The notes beneath the pieces were generated by a model. That model was not told the DNA's origin, made no database searches, and saw only the letters and a program-made list of their open reading frames with translations. A stretch of DNA of 51,428 nucleotides, counting the filler, from Catajapyx aquilonaris (lineage: Eukaryota), in the NCBI GenBank assembly GCA_000934665.2. It is 3 parts of 3 records of this genome, joined end to end, with 100 filler letters (N's around TTAATTAATTAA, not from the genome) between each part and the next. Parts side by side here need not be neighbours in the genome. Positions count along the whole stretch, not along the records: positions 1 to 17,066 come from JYFJ02007043.1; positions 17,167 to 34,221 come from JYFJ02007044.1; 1 more part is not named here. One strand, given 5' to 3'. Shown piece by piece: positions 12,746 to 22,976 of this stretch. Position 1 is the first letter of the stretch; every line of letters begins with the position of its first letter. The translations under genes and the position numbers were made by a program.

Positions 12746-14497
12746 ATACAATTAATCAAAGGGAAGTGTCGAAGTAATAATGTGGCATTTGGGCCATTGA
12801 GACCTACTGACGCAACGGTCATCGATCGCCCTCCAGCAGTTTTCGGCTCCATTTATCCTTACCTATTGCAAGTGATAGTAATAAACTTAAAACCATTACT
12901 ATAGTATTCTGCTATCTAGTGCGTTTGAGTACAGTATATCGAGCAGCTCATATTTATTATTGTAGTAAAGTAATGTACACATGGTCTTATCTGCAAAAGT
13001 TGACTATCCCAAGAGGAAAGACGGGAAAGAGTAGTAGAATTTGTCACTTCGAACTCCAGTCCAAACTCGGACTAGGTTTTTGCATGCCGCCGACTTTGTT
13101 TACATCACACGGGGCGAGTAATCCATCAACTACTCTCCTTCGCCCGTTTTCGAGTCGTCAACTTTGGCAGAAAAACACCCTGTATTATTTCGATTGTACT
13201 GTACCATTCCAGCAGTATAAACAAGACGTACTGGTGTACTGGTGTAAAGAAATATCCTGGAAAGCGTGCAACCCTGCGAGCAAAAGAGGCATGCAGGGTG
13301 GCTCTGAATAGTCAGGATGAACTTTCGGTCGTTGGTTTTTCCCAATCCTTCTTCACTTCCCACCATACAGGATCCAGTCCCAACTTTCCATCCCACAACC
13401 CGTACTTGTCTGCGGAAAAGGTGCAGCAGCGAAGAGATGGAAGGTTTAAGCGTCGAGGAAATCCCACCCTCTGTGTTAGCCTAGTGCTTTTATAGTACAT
13501 GCAAAGTGGTAAGCACCACTCTCATAATGGGCAAGTATGTGACCTATTCCACATTATATATGTTTGAAAAATACACCAATTCATGTACCAGAATGTCTGC
13601 AGTAGGAATGTGACTGGGATACAGACAGGGTAAGGTCGGATGGGCTTGGTTCAGAGGTGAGAGCTAGAGATGGGAGGGTGTATGATATTGACCTGGAATG
13701 TCTGCAGAACAGGGCACTTTTGCAAATCCGTGCTATGTGAGTCGATATTTGACTTGGCAGTGCAGCAGCAGTCCAGGCGTGTCTTGCAATTTCCTTCCAA
13801 GCCCAAGTGCATCCCGGGAAGACCAGGAAGGAAGGAAGGGGGCGTATGCGTAGCTGGTTCAACTGGCGGAATGGTCGTCCGGGGGAAGAGTTAAGGGGAC
13901 GGGACCCGATTGCACCTCAAGCAGCAGACAAAGCGCCGACTGTGCACCCAATCTTCAGCAGCCTCTTTTTATAGGGATAGCCAGGGATCGCGCTCTGCTT
14001 TTACTTTGCTTCCTTTTTGCTGCTCTCTGGACCGCCATCAATCTTCCCAACATGCGATCACATATTTTTAGATGGTAATCTTTGAGAAAAAAAGAGAACA
14101 CTGCCGCGCCATTCCAGCCTAACACTGGTGGCCATTGTCTTCAAAGAGGATAATGATGTTGTAAATTTCCTATTTCAGCCATGGCTTATGTGGGCAACAT
14201 CCATTGGTAATGGTGTTGCTATTGTAGTCTCGACGCAATAAGCGGAGAATATTTTCATAGAATGTTGAAGATGTTCGGGGAAGTTTCTCGAAGTTGTGAG
14301 GATGTTGTGCTAAGGATGCCACAAATGAATTAAAATTACGGTTTGCTAAACTCTGCGTCTGGAAAGGTTTGTGTTAATTCTAGAATGCAAATTTTATGAG
14401 GCGATATGGAGCTCTACATTTTCCGGTCTCTGAATAAGCCGTTTTATTATTGTCATGATTCATTTGCTGGTTTGTACCGAAAACAATTTCACTTGTA

Positions 14498-14660
14498 CAG
14501 TGCTGGCCATATATCTAGGCAACCGCCAGCGACATTTTTCCGAAGCGGCAGAAGAAGGAATCGAAGATAAGCATACTTACAAGCCGGGCGAGCAAGATTC
14601 CTCCTTCTGCCGCTTCGGAAAAATGTCGCTGGCGGTTGCCTCGATATATGGCCAGCACTG
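14498..14660. mobile_element. Tc1/mariner-type palindromic MITE
   Basis: Near-perfect inverted arms of about 65 bp starting CAGTGCTGGCCATATATC, with TA on both sides. Confidence 0.8.
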
Positions 14661-15364
14661 TACAATGTACTATGTATTATTACAAGCATATTACTTTTAC
14701 TTTGTGTATTTTAAAAAGGAGTACAATAATCCAGGTTGTGACAGTGCTTTCAACCCAACGGACCTAATATTATATCACTTTCATTTTGCATTTTGGAACC
14801 AGGACCGTATATTTCACACATGTATTTCTACACTCGGAAGAAAATTCACCCCGGGTAAATGAATCATAATTAAGGGTTGTCAAGGTGCAGGCTAAGAGAA
14901 GAAGGATAGATCTCGTCGCCCATTGCGTCAATGGCGTTCTCTGAAGTCCCCATTGAGGTCCATGGGAGTCCATATTCGTAACGTCGCACGGACTGGATAA
15001 TAAAGATAAATAAAGATCTGTAATGTCATAATCACTAGTGGCACTCATTGTTTATGGATCACATGCGGAAGGGATTTTCCAATTAGTGAGTCGAAATCAA
15101 CAATCACAACGAGCTGTGTTACATGGATTTTGCCTTTGCTAATTGAAGTAACTTTATTCAACATGGTTGTGGACGCTCTTAAGAAAATCCAAGGTTAATT
15201 AACCCTAATTAAGGGGTATTAAGGTGGAAGGTAAGAGAGATAAGATGGCTGAGATGTATATTTGGCTTCGTAGGCTTCTTCTGATGTTGCTATTGAGTAC
15301 CATTAACGTTCATATTAAGGGATGTACAGTACCACGCAATGGTTAATTGTAATTAATAAATCGG

Positions 15365-15460
15365 ATTGATCCCAAGCTCGGGCGTTCCCTTTCTCATCTC
15401 GTGTGAAATTCGTCGTCTCCAGCTTCGTCTCGGGTGGAATCTTCTCTAGACTAACCACAC
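15365..15460 (+). mobile_element. SINE type C fragment
   Basis: GATCCCAAGC...TCATCTCGTG...GCTTCGTCTCGGGTGG...AGACTAACCAC matches the 501-708 copy. Confidence 0.5.
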
Positions 15461-15714
15461 AAGGACTGCACAAACTGACATTGATGCACTCGCACCTGCA
15501 CCTGTACCATCTCTCCCCTCCCAGTTGGCGGTACCCGGGCATTACTGAAAAGGACCACCTTAAAGCAAAGAAAGGTACCATGCCAGATGCCCAACACGAG
15601 CTGTGCAATAACCCAATTATCATTTTAAATTATTGCAATAACAAATCCGCGTGCAGTTTTAGTTATTTTTCAAGAGTTCCCTTGCATAACTGCAAGTAAT
15701 AATAATTTAATAAT

Positions 15715-16171
15715 ACCGAAGCAGTGGTAGCGGAGGGGATTTGGTATCCGGCTGCTAATCGGGAGGTCCTGGGTTCGATCCCCGGTGCCGGCAACTCTGA
15801 CCGTGGTTTTCTGTGGTTTCCCACGGTCCCTCCAGGGAAATCCCGGAGTTGTTTCCGTAATAACAGGCCACAGCCGCTTCCTTCCCTTCCTATCCTTGTC
15901 CCATACCTGAGGAGGTGCGGGGTCTGTGGGGGATTTCAGATCCCGCACCTAGGGGGTCATCTATGGCGAACGGGCCCCCTGAGGGACTGCACACGACCCC
16001 CAACATATAGACAATGCACTAGCACCAGTGTCCCTCCCTCATATCCCTATCCTTCCCTTGCACCGGAGAGAAAAAGAAAAAGAAATTCAGAAAACTGATG
16101 GTGGTGTGCCACCCCCCAAAGAGGCCCTTGATGCCTAGCACGGGGTAAAATAAATAAATAAATAAAAATAA

Positions 16172-16213
<42 letters not shown>
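15715..16213 (+). mobile_element. tRNA(Ser-GCT)-like SINE (type A head, type B-like 3' half)
   Basis: A/B-box head with GGTTCGATCCC and an anticodon-like loop CTGCTAA. It ends CACGGGGTA plus an (AAT)n tail. Confidence 0.8.
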
Positions 16214-16214
16214 T

Positions 16215-16540
16215 CTTGGGTAGTGCCTGACCCTATATAGGTTATGCGGCACGGACCTGTATTGTAACTTGTAGTACATAATTATACCATATTTTTTGAA
16301 ATGCCCGGGCCCACGGGCAGGATGACAGGAGGGGATGTGCAAGGTGCAGTACTATGTCTTAAGCGTGGGCATTTTAAGTGAACTCCCCGGGTGGTTTAGT
16401 CTGTTGGAAATACCACCCGAGACGAAGCCAGAGGTGACCCTGAACTCTGCACGAGATGAAGGGGGTGTCCCCGGGCTGGGATCGAACCCGAGACCTTAAC
16501 ATCCGTGGGTGCATACGTTACCGCAGCACCAGTCCACGCT
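16215..16540 (-). mobile_element. tRNA-derived SINE type C, tail-to-tail with the preceding SINE
   Basis: Minus-strand head GCTGCGGTAACG...GGGTTCGATCCCAG; body shared with 501-708. Confidence 0.7.
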
Positions 16541-16613
16541 GTATAGTGCAACAAACCTGCAGGTGTACATGATACAACATATCTCCCCTTTTGGGTACAA
16601 TAGTGAAAATGCA

Positions 16614-16807
16614 TGTACTATATTAACCGCAAAAGTAATATCGCACTGTTATGTGATGGCGTCCGCGACTTGTTGTTTAACATGGGTTGTGGATTCCGGA
16701 ATATTGCCAAACCATCCGTAACTCGGCAACGCCCATGCTAAACAACAAGTCGGGACCCCATCACAATGACATAACAGTGCGACATTACTTTTGCGGTTAA
16801 TAGTACA
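16614..16807. mobile_element. Palindromic MITE
   Basis: Inverted arms TATTAACCGCAAAAGTAAT(A/G)TCGCACTGTTATGT...GACTTGTTGTTTA(A/G)CATGGG around a spacer of about 35 nt. Confidence 0.7.
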
Positions 16808-17066
16808 GGATAGCGTGTTGCAGATGGCCGTGACATACAAAATTAATTATAAAAGTAATAATATTGTTTTAGTCACAATGTAGTGCTGTGTACCTATTTA
16901 TTATTGCACCTAAAGGGGGAGATAATTAGGATAATTAGAGTAATTCCATGCTGCTGAGGCTACTGGCTAGCAGTTTTTAATTCGGTCCAAATGTGCAGTG
17001 ATGGATCCCGAAGTACTTTGTGTAGTAGGCTACTTTGTAAGCAGTGGCGGATTTAGGGGGGGGGGG

Positions 17067-17166
17067 NNNNNNNNNNNNNNNNNNNNNNNNNNNNNNNNNN
17101 NNNNNNNNNNTTAATTAATTAANNNNNNNNNNNNNNNNNNNNNNNNNNNNNNNNNNNNNNNNNNNN
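17067..17166. other. Assembly gap with an artificial six-frame-stop linker
   Basis: 44 N + TTAATTAATTAA + 44 N, identical in layout to 34222-34321. Confidence 0.9.
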
Positions 17167-17540
17167 GGGTCTTCCGGAGCGGGGGTCGTCTTCTAGGCTG
17201 TCTCGGCCGTGTTTGGAGAGGGCAATCCACTTCTGGATCATGCTGTAGGATGGTGCATCGCCAACCAATGTATCCTTCATGTCCTCAAAGATGTCCTTGG
17301 CACCCGTTCCCTTTGCCACCAGGTACTGGATGACCGCGCGATGTGCGATGTTCGCCATCTTCACAAAATGCTGCGTACCCTTTCACATCCGAATTATTTC
17401 TGAACCCAAGGACTTTGACACCTATGTCAATTGGGTGGATATAGGGGTTTGAAGGGTGGCTCGATTTAATGGCGATGTTTAGCTTCCGCATTTGCTTCTC
17501 CTTCTAGGCGAAACCACGAACTTATATAACACCCCTCGTA
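17167..17540 (-). mobile_element. 5' end of a mariner transposon (HTH domain of the transposase), cut by the gap
   Basis: MANIAHRAVIQYLVAKGTGAKDIFEDMKDTLVGDAPSYSMIQKW...SLEDDPRSGRP is the mariner N-terminal HTH. TIR TA|CGAGGGGTGTTATATAAG at 17540. Confidence 0.9.
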
Positions 17541-19649
17541 TTGGACGGATATTTCTATCAACCATTCTAGTTTTGATTAAGCTTTCTCTTTTGATCACAG
17601 ACCAATTTTGAGGAAGCAGTGACTTCTTTGACGGCTCTTTCTACCGCTTGAGTGTGTGATGGGAGTTCAGAAAGAGTGCACTCAGAAGCTATGTTTACAC
17701 TCTCGGTTTCCAGTAACGTTAGTTTGCAAATCCTGATTTGTCAAATGACTTGTGAGAGGTGGTTCTGTCACTTCCACATCATTCCCAACAATCATATCGA
17801 CATACTCTGATGCTCCAAAATTTATTGTCGGGATTTCAAACCGTCTTAGTGGTTTACTTGCTTGTTCTCTAGATCGAGCCTTGATGATACGTCTTAAAAC
17901 CAGTTTCTTTATATGATCTCTCTTATCAACCAACATAGCTATGAGAATGTTTTCATGGTGAGCAAAGTATCCATTGTCTTGGATACATTTGTGTACAATT
18001 TTCCGATTTTTCTCAGATAGGTAAGTGCAACTCTTTATGGTTTCCCACAAGTTTTGAGCTCCATTATAAGCTTTTGGATTACACTTGATCCTGAACCAGC
18101 TGGGTCTGAGAAAAATCGGAAAATTGTACACAAATGTATCCAAGACAATGGATACTTTGCTCACCATGAAAACATTCTCATAGCTATGTTGGTTGATAAG
18201 AGAGATCATATAAAGAAACTGGCTGTAAAGGGACACTCCACTCAAAATGCAAGTTGGACTCTAAAAATCGGGCAAAAAATCCTGATTCCGAGTGTATAAG
18301 CAGTTTTTCTGAGAGACGAACGGTAAGGCCAGGGCGAGCCGTCAAAGTTAGGCAATTCGAATCTGCCGCAAAACAGCAGCGCCTCCCCCGGGACTGGGCA
18401 GAAATTGGGATATTCCTGCGCCATCTTGATCCACGCCATGGTCCGCGCCATCTTTGGTCCGTCCCACAGGTTTATCCCGCCACCTCTTGACCCGACCCGA
18501 CTTTCAGCACTAAATCACTTTCGCCTAGTGCCCAGTGGCGGCGCTCACGGCGGTGGCGGACTGGGCTGGCGGGGCAGCTCATTAGCAGACGACACAAATT
18601 CTGAGTCTTTAACGCCTCGTCCTGGCTTTTCTGTTCCGCGTAGAAAAAAACCGATTGCACCTTCGGAATCAGGATTTTTTGCCCGATTTTTAGAGCCCAA
18701 CTTGCATTTTGAGTGGAGTGTCCCTTTAAGACGTATCATCAAGGCTCGATCTAGAGAACAAGCAAGTAAACCACTAAGACGGTTTGAAATCCCGAAAATA
18801 AATTTTGGAGCATCAGAGTATGTCGATATGATTGTTGGGAATGATGTGGAAGTGACAGAACCACCTCTCACAAGTCATTTGACAAATCAGGATTTGCAAA
18901 GGTTTATACCGGAAACCGAGAGTGCACTCTTTCTGAACTCCCATCACACACTCAAGCAGTAGAAAGAGCCGTCAAAGAAGTCACTGCTTCCTCAAAATTG
19001 GGATCAAAAGAAAAGAGAAAGCTTAATCAAAACTAGAATGCTTGATAGAAATATCCGTCCAATATATGACACAAATAAACAATTTACCTGTTGAAGACTT
19101 TTCTTCAAGATGTAAATACATGATCTCATGGTTGGGTGGTTGGGAGGGCATGGGTGGGATTCGAAGTGCAACCACCTCCCCGTGGTGAGTCCTGGGTAGT
19201 TTGATATGAACTAGCGAAGAGTTGCACAATGCAAAGTTGAATAACGAAAGCTATATAAACTAGTTTTGATAACATTAAAAGTGGATATCAGAAATTATAA
19301 AACGTTAAAAATATCAAACATTTACGAATATTTGGATAAGTTTAAGCCTCATGTACAGACTGAAACCACCACCTAAAAATAAATGTTTAAAAAAGTCATG
19401 TCTGTATTTCAGGCCTTGTTCAACTATTTAGTGACTACCTGGCAGGGTTTTTTTGCTTCAAGAACTTAATTTTTTTTGTCAGAATATCAAATATTTCAAA
19501 AAATTTCACACTTTAAGCCAAATGTGCAGACTCAAGATGACGTCGTAAAAATTAAAAATTTCACAGAATTGTTACTAGGTCTCATACACAGTCATTGAAG
19601 GGTACCCGTTTCCGAAAAAAAAATATAGACTTTTTTCACTCCACCCTAA
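17541..19649. mobile_element. Foldback remnant of a hATm-like transposon (two inverted copies of the transposase C-terminal region)
   Basis: Peptides YFAHHENILIAMLVD...LRRIIKAR...FEIP.INFGASEY.D.I...VTEPPLT and HTQAVERAVKEVT occur on both strands. The terminus CACCCTAA (TTAGGGTG TIR type) is at 19649. Confidence 0.7.
18229..18725. mobile_element. Kolobok-like non-autonomous element, copy 1
   Basis: TIRs of about 60 bp starting AGGGACACTCCACTCAAAA. It is inserted at a TTAA site (GTAA/TTAA flanks) that is empty in the inverted arm at about 17895. Confidence 0.75.
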
Positions 19650-20567
19650 TGTGCAAACTGTGCAACATTATTTTGGTTACCGGGTACTCAATTACAAGAC
19701 CTTGGCAACCTCGGATGAAGCGTTCAAGTGTTGCACCACTGGATGTTGACAGACATGAGTCGTACTGTTGCTCATAGGGATTTCCCCGCTCTCTTTTCCT
19801 TATGTAACTTGGTCGCCCTTTTCCTATAGGTTCCAAAGTCCAAACGGCAGTCAAAACAGACTGCGTGCACGCTGGAGTTCTCGACTCATTTTTGAATAGC
19901 TCGCAGTTCCTGCTGAGCAGCCCAGGAACAACCCAGCTGTCCCAGTGTTGTTCATCGTTTGGTATAACAAATCGTAACGATTCAGAACAGTGTTGTACCC
20001 AGTGTTTACTCGCATTGCTGCTGCAGACTGATCATAGCGTGGCATGATCATCATTACCTGTGGCACAGACGTAGACGGTGAGGTGATCTAAGGTAGGTAT
20101 CTGTTGCGTACACAAGGGCATACACAAGGTAGACTAATGGACTTTGTGCATATAGTTCATGATGACCTTATTATGCAGAGGTGACGGGAATATCAACCAT
20201 TTTCACAAGATTGGGCAAAATCCCTCCCTTCAGCCTCCCATATTCCTCCACAACTCTTTCGTCACAGAAATCAGAGATAACTTATGGCTTGATTCAATTT
20301 TGAATCCACCTGGAAACAATTGATAATTTCACCAGTGTCATCATGTGCTCATACATTTTATTATGACAGTCCTAATCGGGCCTAATTTTATTGTGCCGCC
20401 TTATGTTTGTGCATTTTTCCGATGCACAGATTTTATTGCCAGTTCAGTTCATTTAGCCAGAGAATAATACAGTTAGCTTCACAGGGATATAATATTGTTG
20501 GTGACATTCTTAACAGCCATTGCTTGTGACATCAGTGACATTCTCTGGTTCAGTCAATAATATATAA

Positions 20568-21422
20568 TCTATATCTATAAATAAGGAAGTTTGTCAGATG
20601 TTTGTCCCTTATAGAAATCCTGGGGAAGGCCCCTACACCGCCTTAAATTAGCATATCGGGGGTTACATTTTTCAAGGAATTTAATGCCGCATGTTTCAGC
20701 TTCCGAAAATGTACCTAACTCCCACAACACGCATATTCCCGAATCTTCTCTCTTCTCGGGCCTTAACAATTAACTTACAACAATATATCAATTCAAATTC
20801 CCATGGAAATGCCCTTATGCAAGTTCAATGCCTAGCAAATTAAACCATCGACGGTAAATTCAACGCATGCACCAATTGCGCTAATAATTGGCACCTCACG
20901 TGAGTTCGTATCGTATGGTCATTCCGGGATTTTGTGGGATTAGAAAGTAGACTTCCAGACAAAAATAAATACAATAAAATAATACAGTATTTACTAATAT
21001 TACTCCGTGTTGAAAATATTTCTTCCACCATGCATCTGTACGTCTGTACGTACATTTCTAGAGTTCTTCAAAGCAAACATATGGAACGAGATGGAGGTGT
21101 GAAGTGGGGTTGGGGGGTCAAGGGGTCAAAAATGCAGGGGGAAAAAACACACGGCTGTGCAGTCTTTTCTTGGGCCAACTCCATCCGCAATCCTCTTTTT
21201 ACACATCCAATCAGAATATCTGTGTCGACTACACTATAAGACAAGCAGGTAATCTATCACAGAGAGTGACAAACTTTGGCTTATTGCAACTTATAAGGCC
21301 TATATCGAGTTTCGAGTGTACGGAAGGGAAATTTTTACATACAAACACACTTCCTAAAATAGTGTATATGTACCCCTTACCAGCACCCCAACATACCCGG
21401 GCAACGCCGGGTAACCTGCTAG
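20568..21422 (+). mobile_element. Non-autonomous Helitron
   Basis: A|TCTATATCTATAAAT start; 3' hairpin TACCCGG-GCAACG-CCGGGTA followed by CTAG|T; no TSD. Confidence 0.8.
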
Positions 21423-21954
21423 TCAGTAATAAAATCTGCTGCACATCACGGATACGTACATTGAATGTGTAAAAAAAATCTTTTCCGACAGTGCGATTGA
21501 CTAAAATTAGGCTTACAATAAGGAAATTTTGCAATAACTCATTGCTACATTTTGAAAATGAGGCAATGTGTGTGATTGGAAATGACAGTGAACAATTAAG
21601 TTTTCACTTATGCGGAAATAAATATACCTACTATGAATTATTGTTGTTGGGAGAATTGCATTCTACGATACACAAGACTTCCAAAATTGATCTTACCACA
21701 TTTTCCACTTCGTATTGTTATTAAAATCGCACTGATATTATACCGGTACTTCATTATTTTCTTTCAGTATGTAAAACCAACAGTGATCCAGCACGTGCAA
21801 TATTGCAACCGCAGACTACAGTTTCAACATCTGGATCATTGGTGTAAGTTTACATTACGACAATGGACAAAGGCCGTATATCATGTTAATATTTTGTAAT
21901 TTTCCAGATTGTGTGTTCTTGTCATCAGTTGCATTGCTCGGCCTTAGTTGCAGT

Positions 21955-22976
21955 ATGACGGGCACACTTTCTGGAGACTCCACCTTGTCCATGGTATGGC
22001 AGATTGCCAACTTCAGAACCAATAAACCGAAGAGACTTCATTCACCAGTCAAGTCCATCATCCCTGGAATTGAAGGAGATTGGAATCTGTGGCTTGATCT
22101 GGTGATCAATGGGTACCATGTTTGCATTTCTGTTTACATTCACTATTCACCACCACCTCAAAGGGCGGTTTATCCAACTGTGACACCAGAACTGCAGATC
22201 ACATGCTTGAATGTCAATCGTGGTAGAACAGACTCATTTACATGTACTCTGGAGCAAGAAGGGTCTCCATCATTTGGTACACCAGCACTTCTCTCTTCCA
22301 TATATACATGGAAGGGAGAAGTGGTCCTTTGCTCGAATTCTATGGGAAATGTTGGGCATGGAAATTTTACCCTGACCTTAAAACTGGAAGGTGAGGTGAA
22401 GAAATCATCCCTGCCTCCCAGCACCACATACCCACACTCTCGAGTGATTTGAAGAAGGTGTACGAATTGGGAGGGGATCCAGACGTGACCCTTGTGGGAG
22501 ACGACGAGGTTGAGGTCACTGCCCACAAGTTCATACTGTCTGCCAGGAGTCCAGTTTTTGCTGCCATGTTTCAGCATGACATGAAAGAAAAAGAGGGGGG
22601 AAAAGCCAAATTAACAGGCATTAAATCTGACGTAATAAGAGATATGCTGCACTACATGTACACAGATGAAGAGCCCGAGCATCTTGACACTCTGTCATTT
22701 GATATTCTTCAGGCAGCTGAGATGTATGACTTGAAGGGCCTGAAGCAAATATGCGAAATGCATGTGTGTCGAAAACTTCAGGTCAGCAACGTTCTAACTA
22801 TTTTGTGCCAGGCTATAACGTTCAACTATCCAAATCTGAAGCGGAAGTGCATTAAGTATGTCATTGATCATATTGAGGAGGTCAGAGCTTCAGACGGTTG
22901 GGAAGAGGCCAAGTCTCTTATTCCTGCAGATGTCATGTTTGAAATTATGGAATCAGCCATATCCCGAATGAAATAA
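21955..22976 (+). pseudogene. MATH-like + BTB/POZ (SPOP-like) gene split by a -1 frameshift (pseudogene, allele or assembly error)
   Basis: The N part has a MATH-like MVWQIANF...W.LWL. The C part is a canonical BTB-BACK, TLSSDLKK...DVTL...AHKFILSARSPVFAAMFQHDMKE...AAEMYDLKGLKQICE. The frames are joined by removing one copy of the GGTGA tandem at 22390-22399. A candidate 5'UTR intron lies at 21844-21907 and AATAAA overlaps the stop. Confidence 0.8.

Noticed and set aside
12919..13900. Cluster of 60-130 aa ORFs with coding-like composition
   Set aside because: No recognisable domain or consistent exon chain in any frame; possibly a decayed TE, but unsupported.
15715..15790. tRNA-like sequences here and at about 35184, 43811, 48340 and 51040
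   Set aside because: They have imperfect cloverleaves followed by SINE bodies, tails and often TSDs, so they are SINE heads and not tRNA genes.
16019..16342. Poly-Ile/poly-Leu ORFs here and at 47646-48323
   Set aside because: Translations of (AAT)n SINE tails.
17042..17066. CAGTGGCGGATTTAGGGG hAT-like MITE start
   Set aside because: Only about 25 bp remain before the gap, so the TIR pair and TSD cannot be confirmed.
18405..18962. 185-aa ORF (and the 187-aa ORF at 17682-18245)
   Set aside because: Chance fusions of MITE or inverted-arm sequence with transposase fragments, not genes.
22391..22421. Possible intron from the strong GAAG|GTGAGG donor in the BTB gene
   Set aside because: It is only 31 nt and the spliced product is out of frame with the BTB domain.
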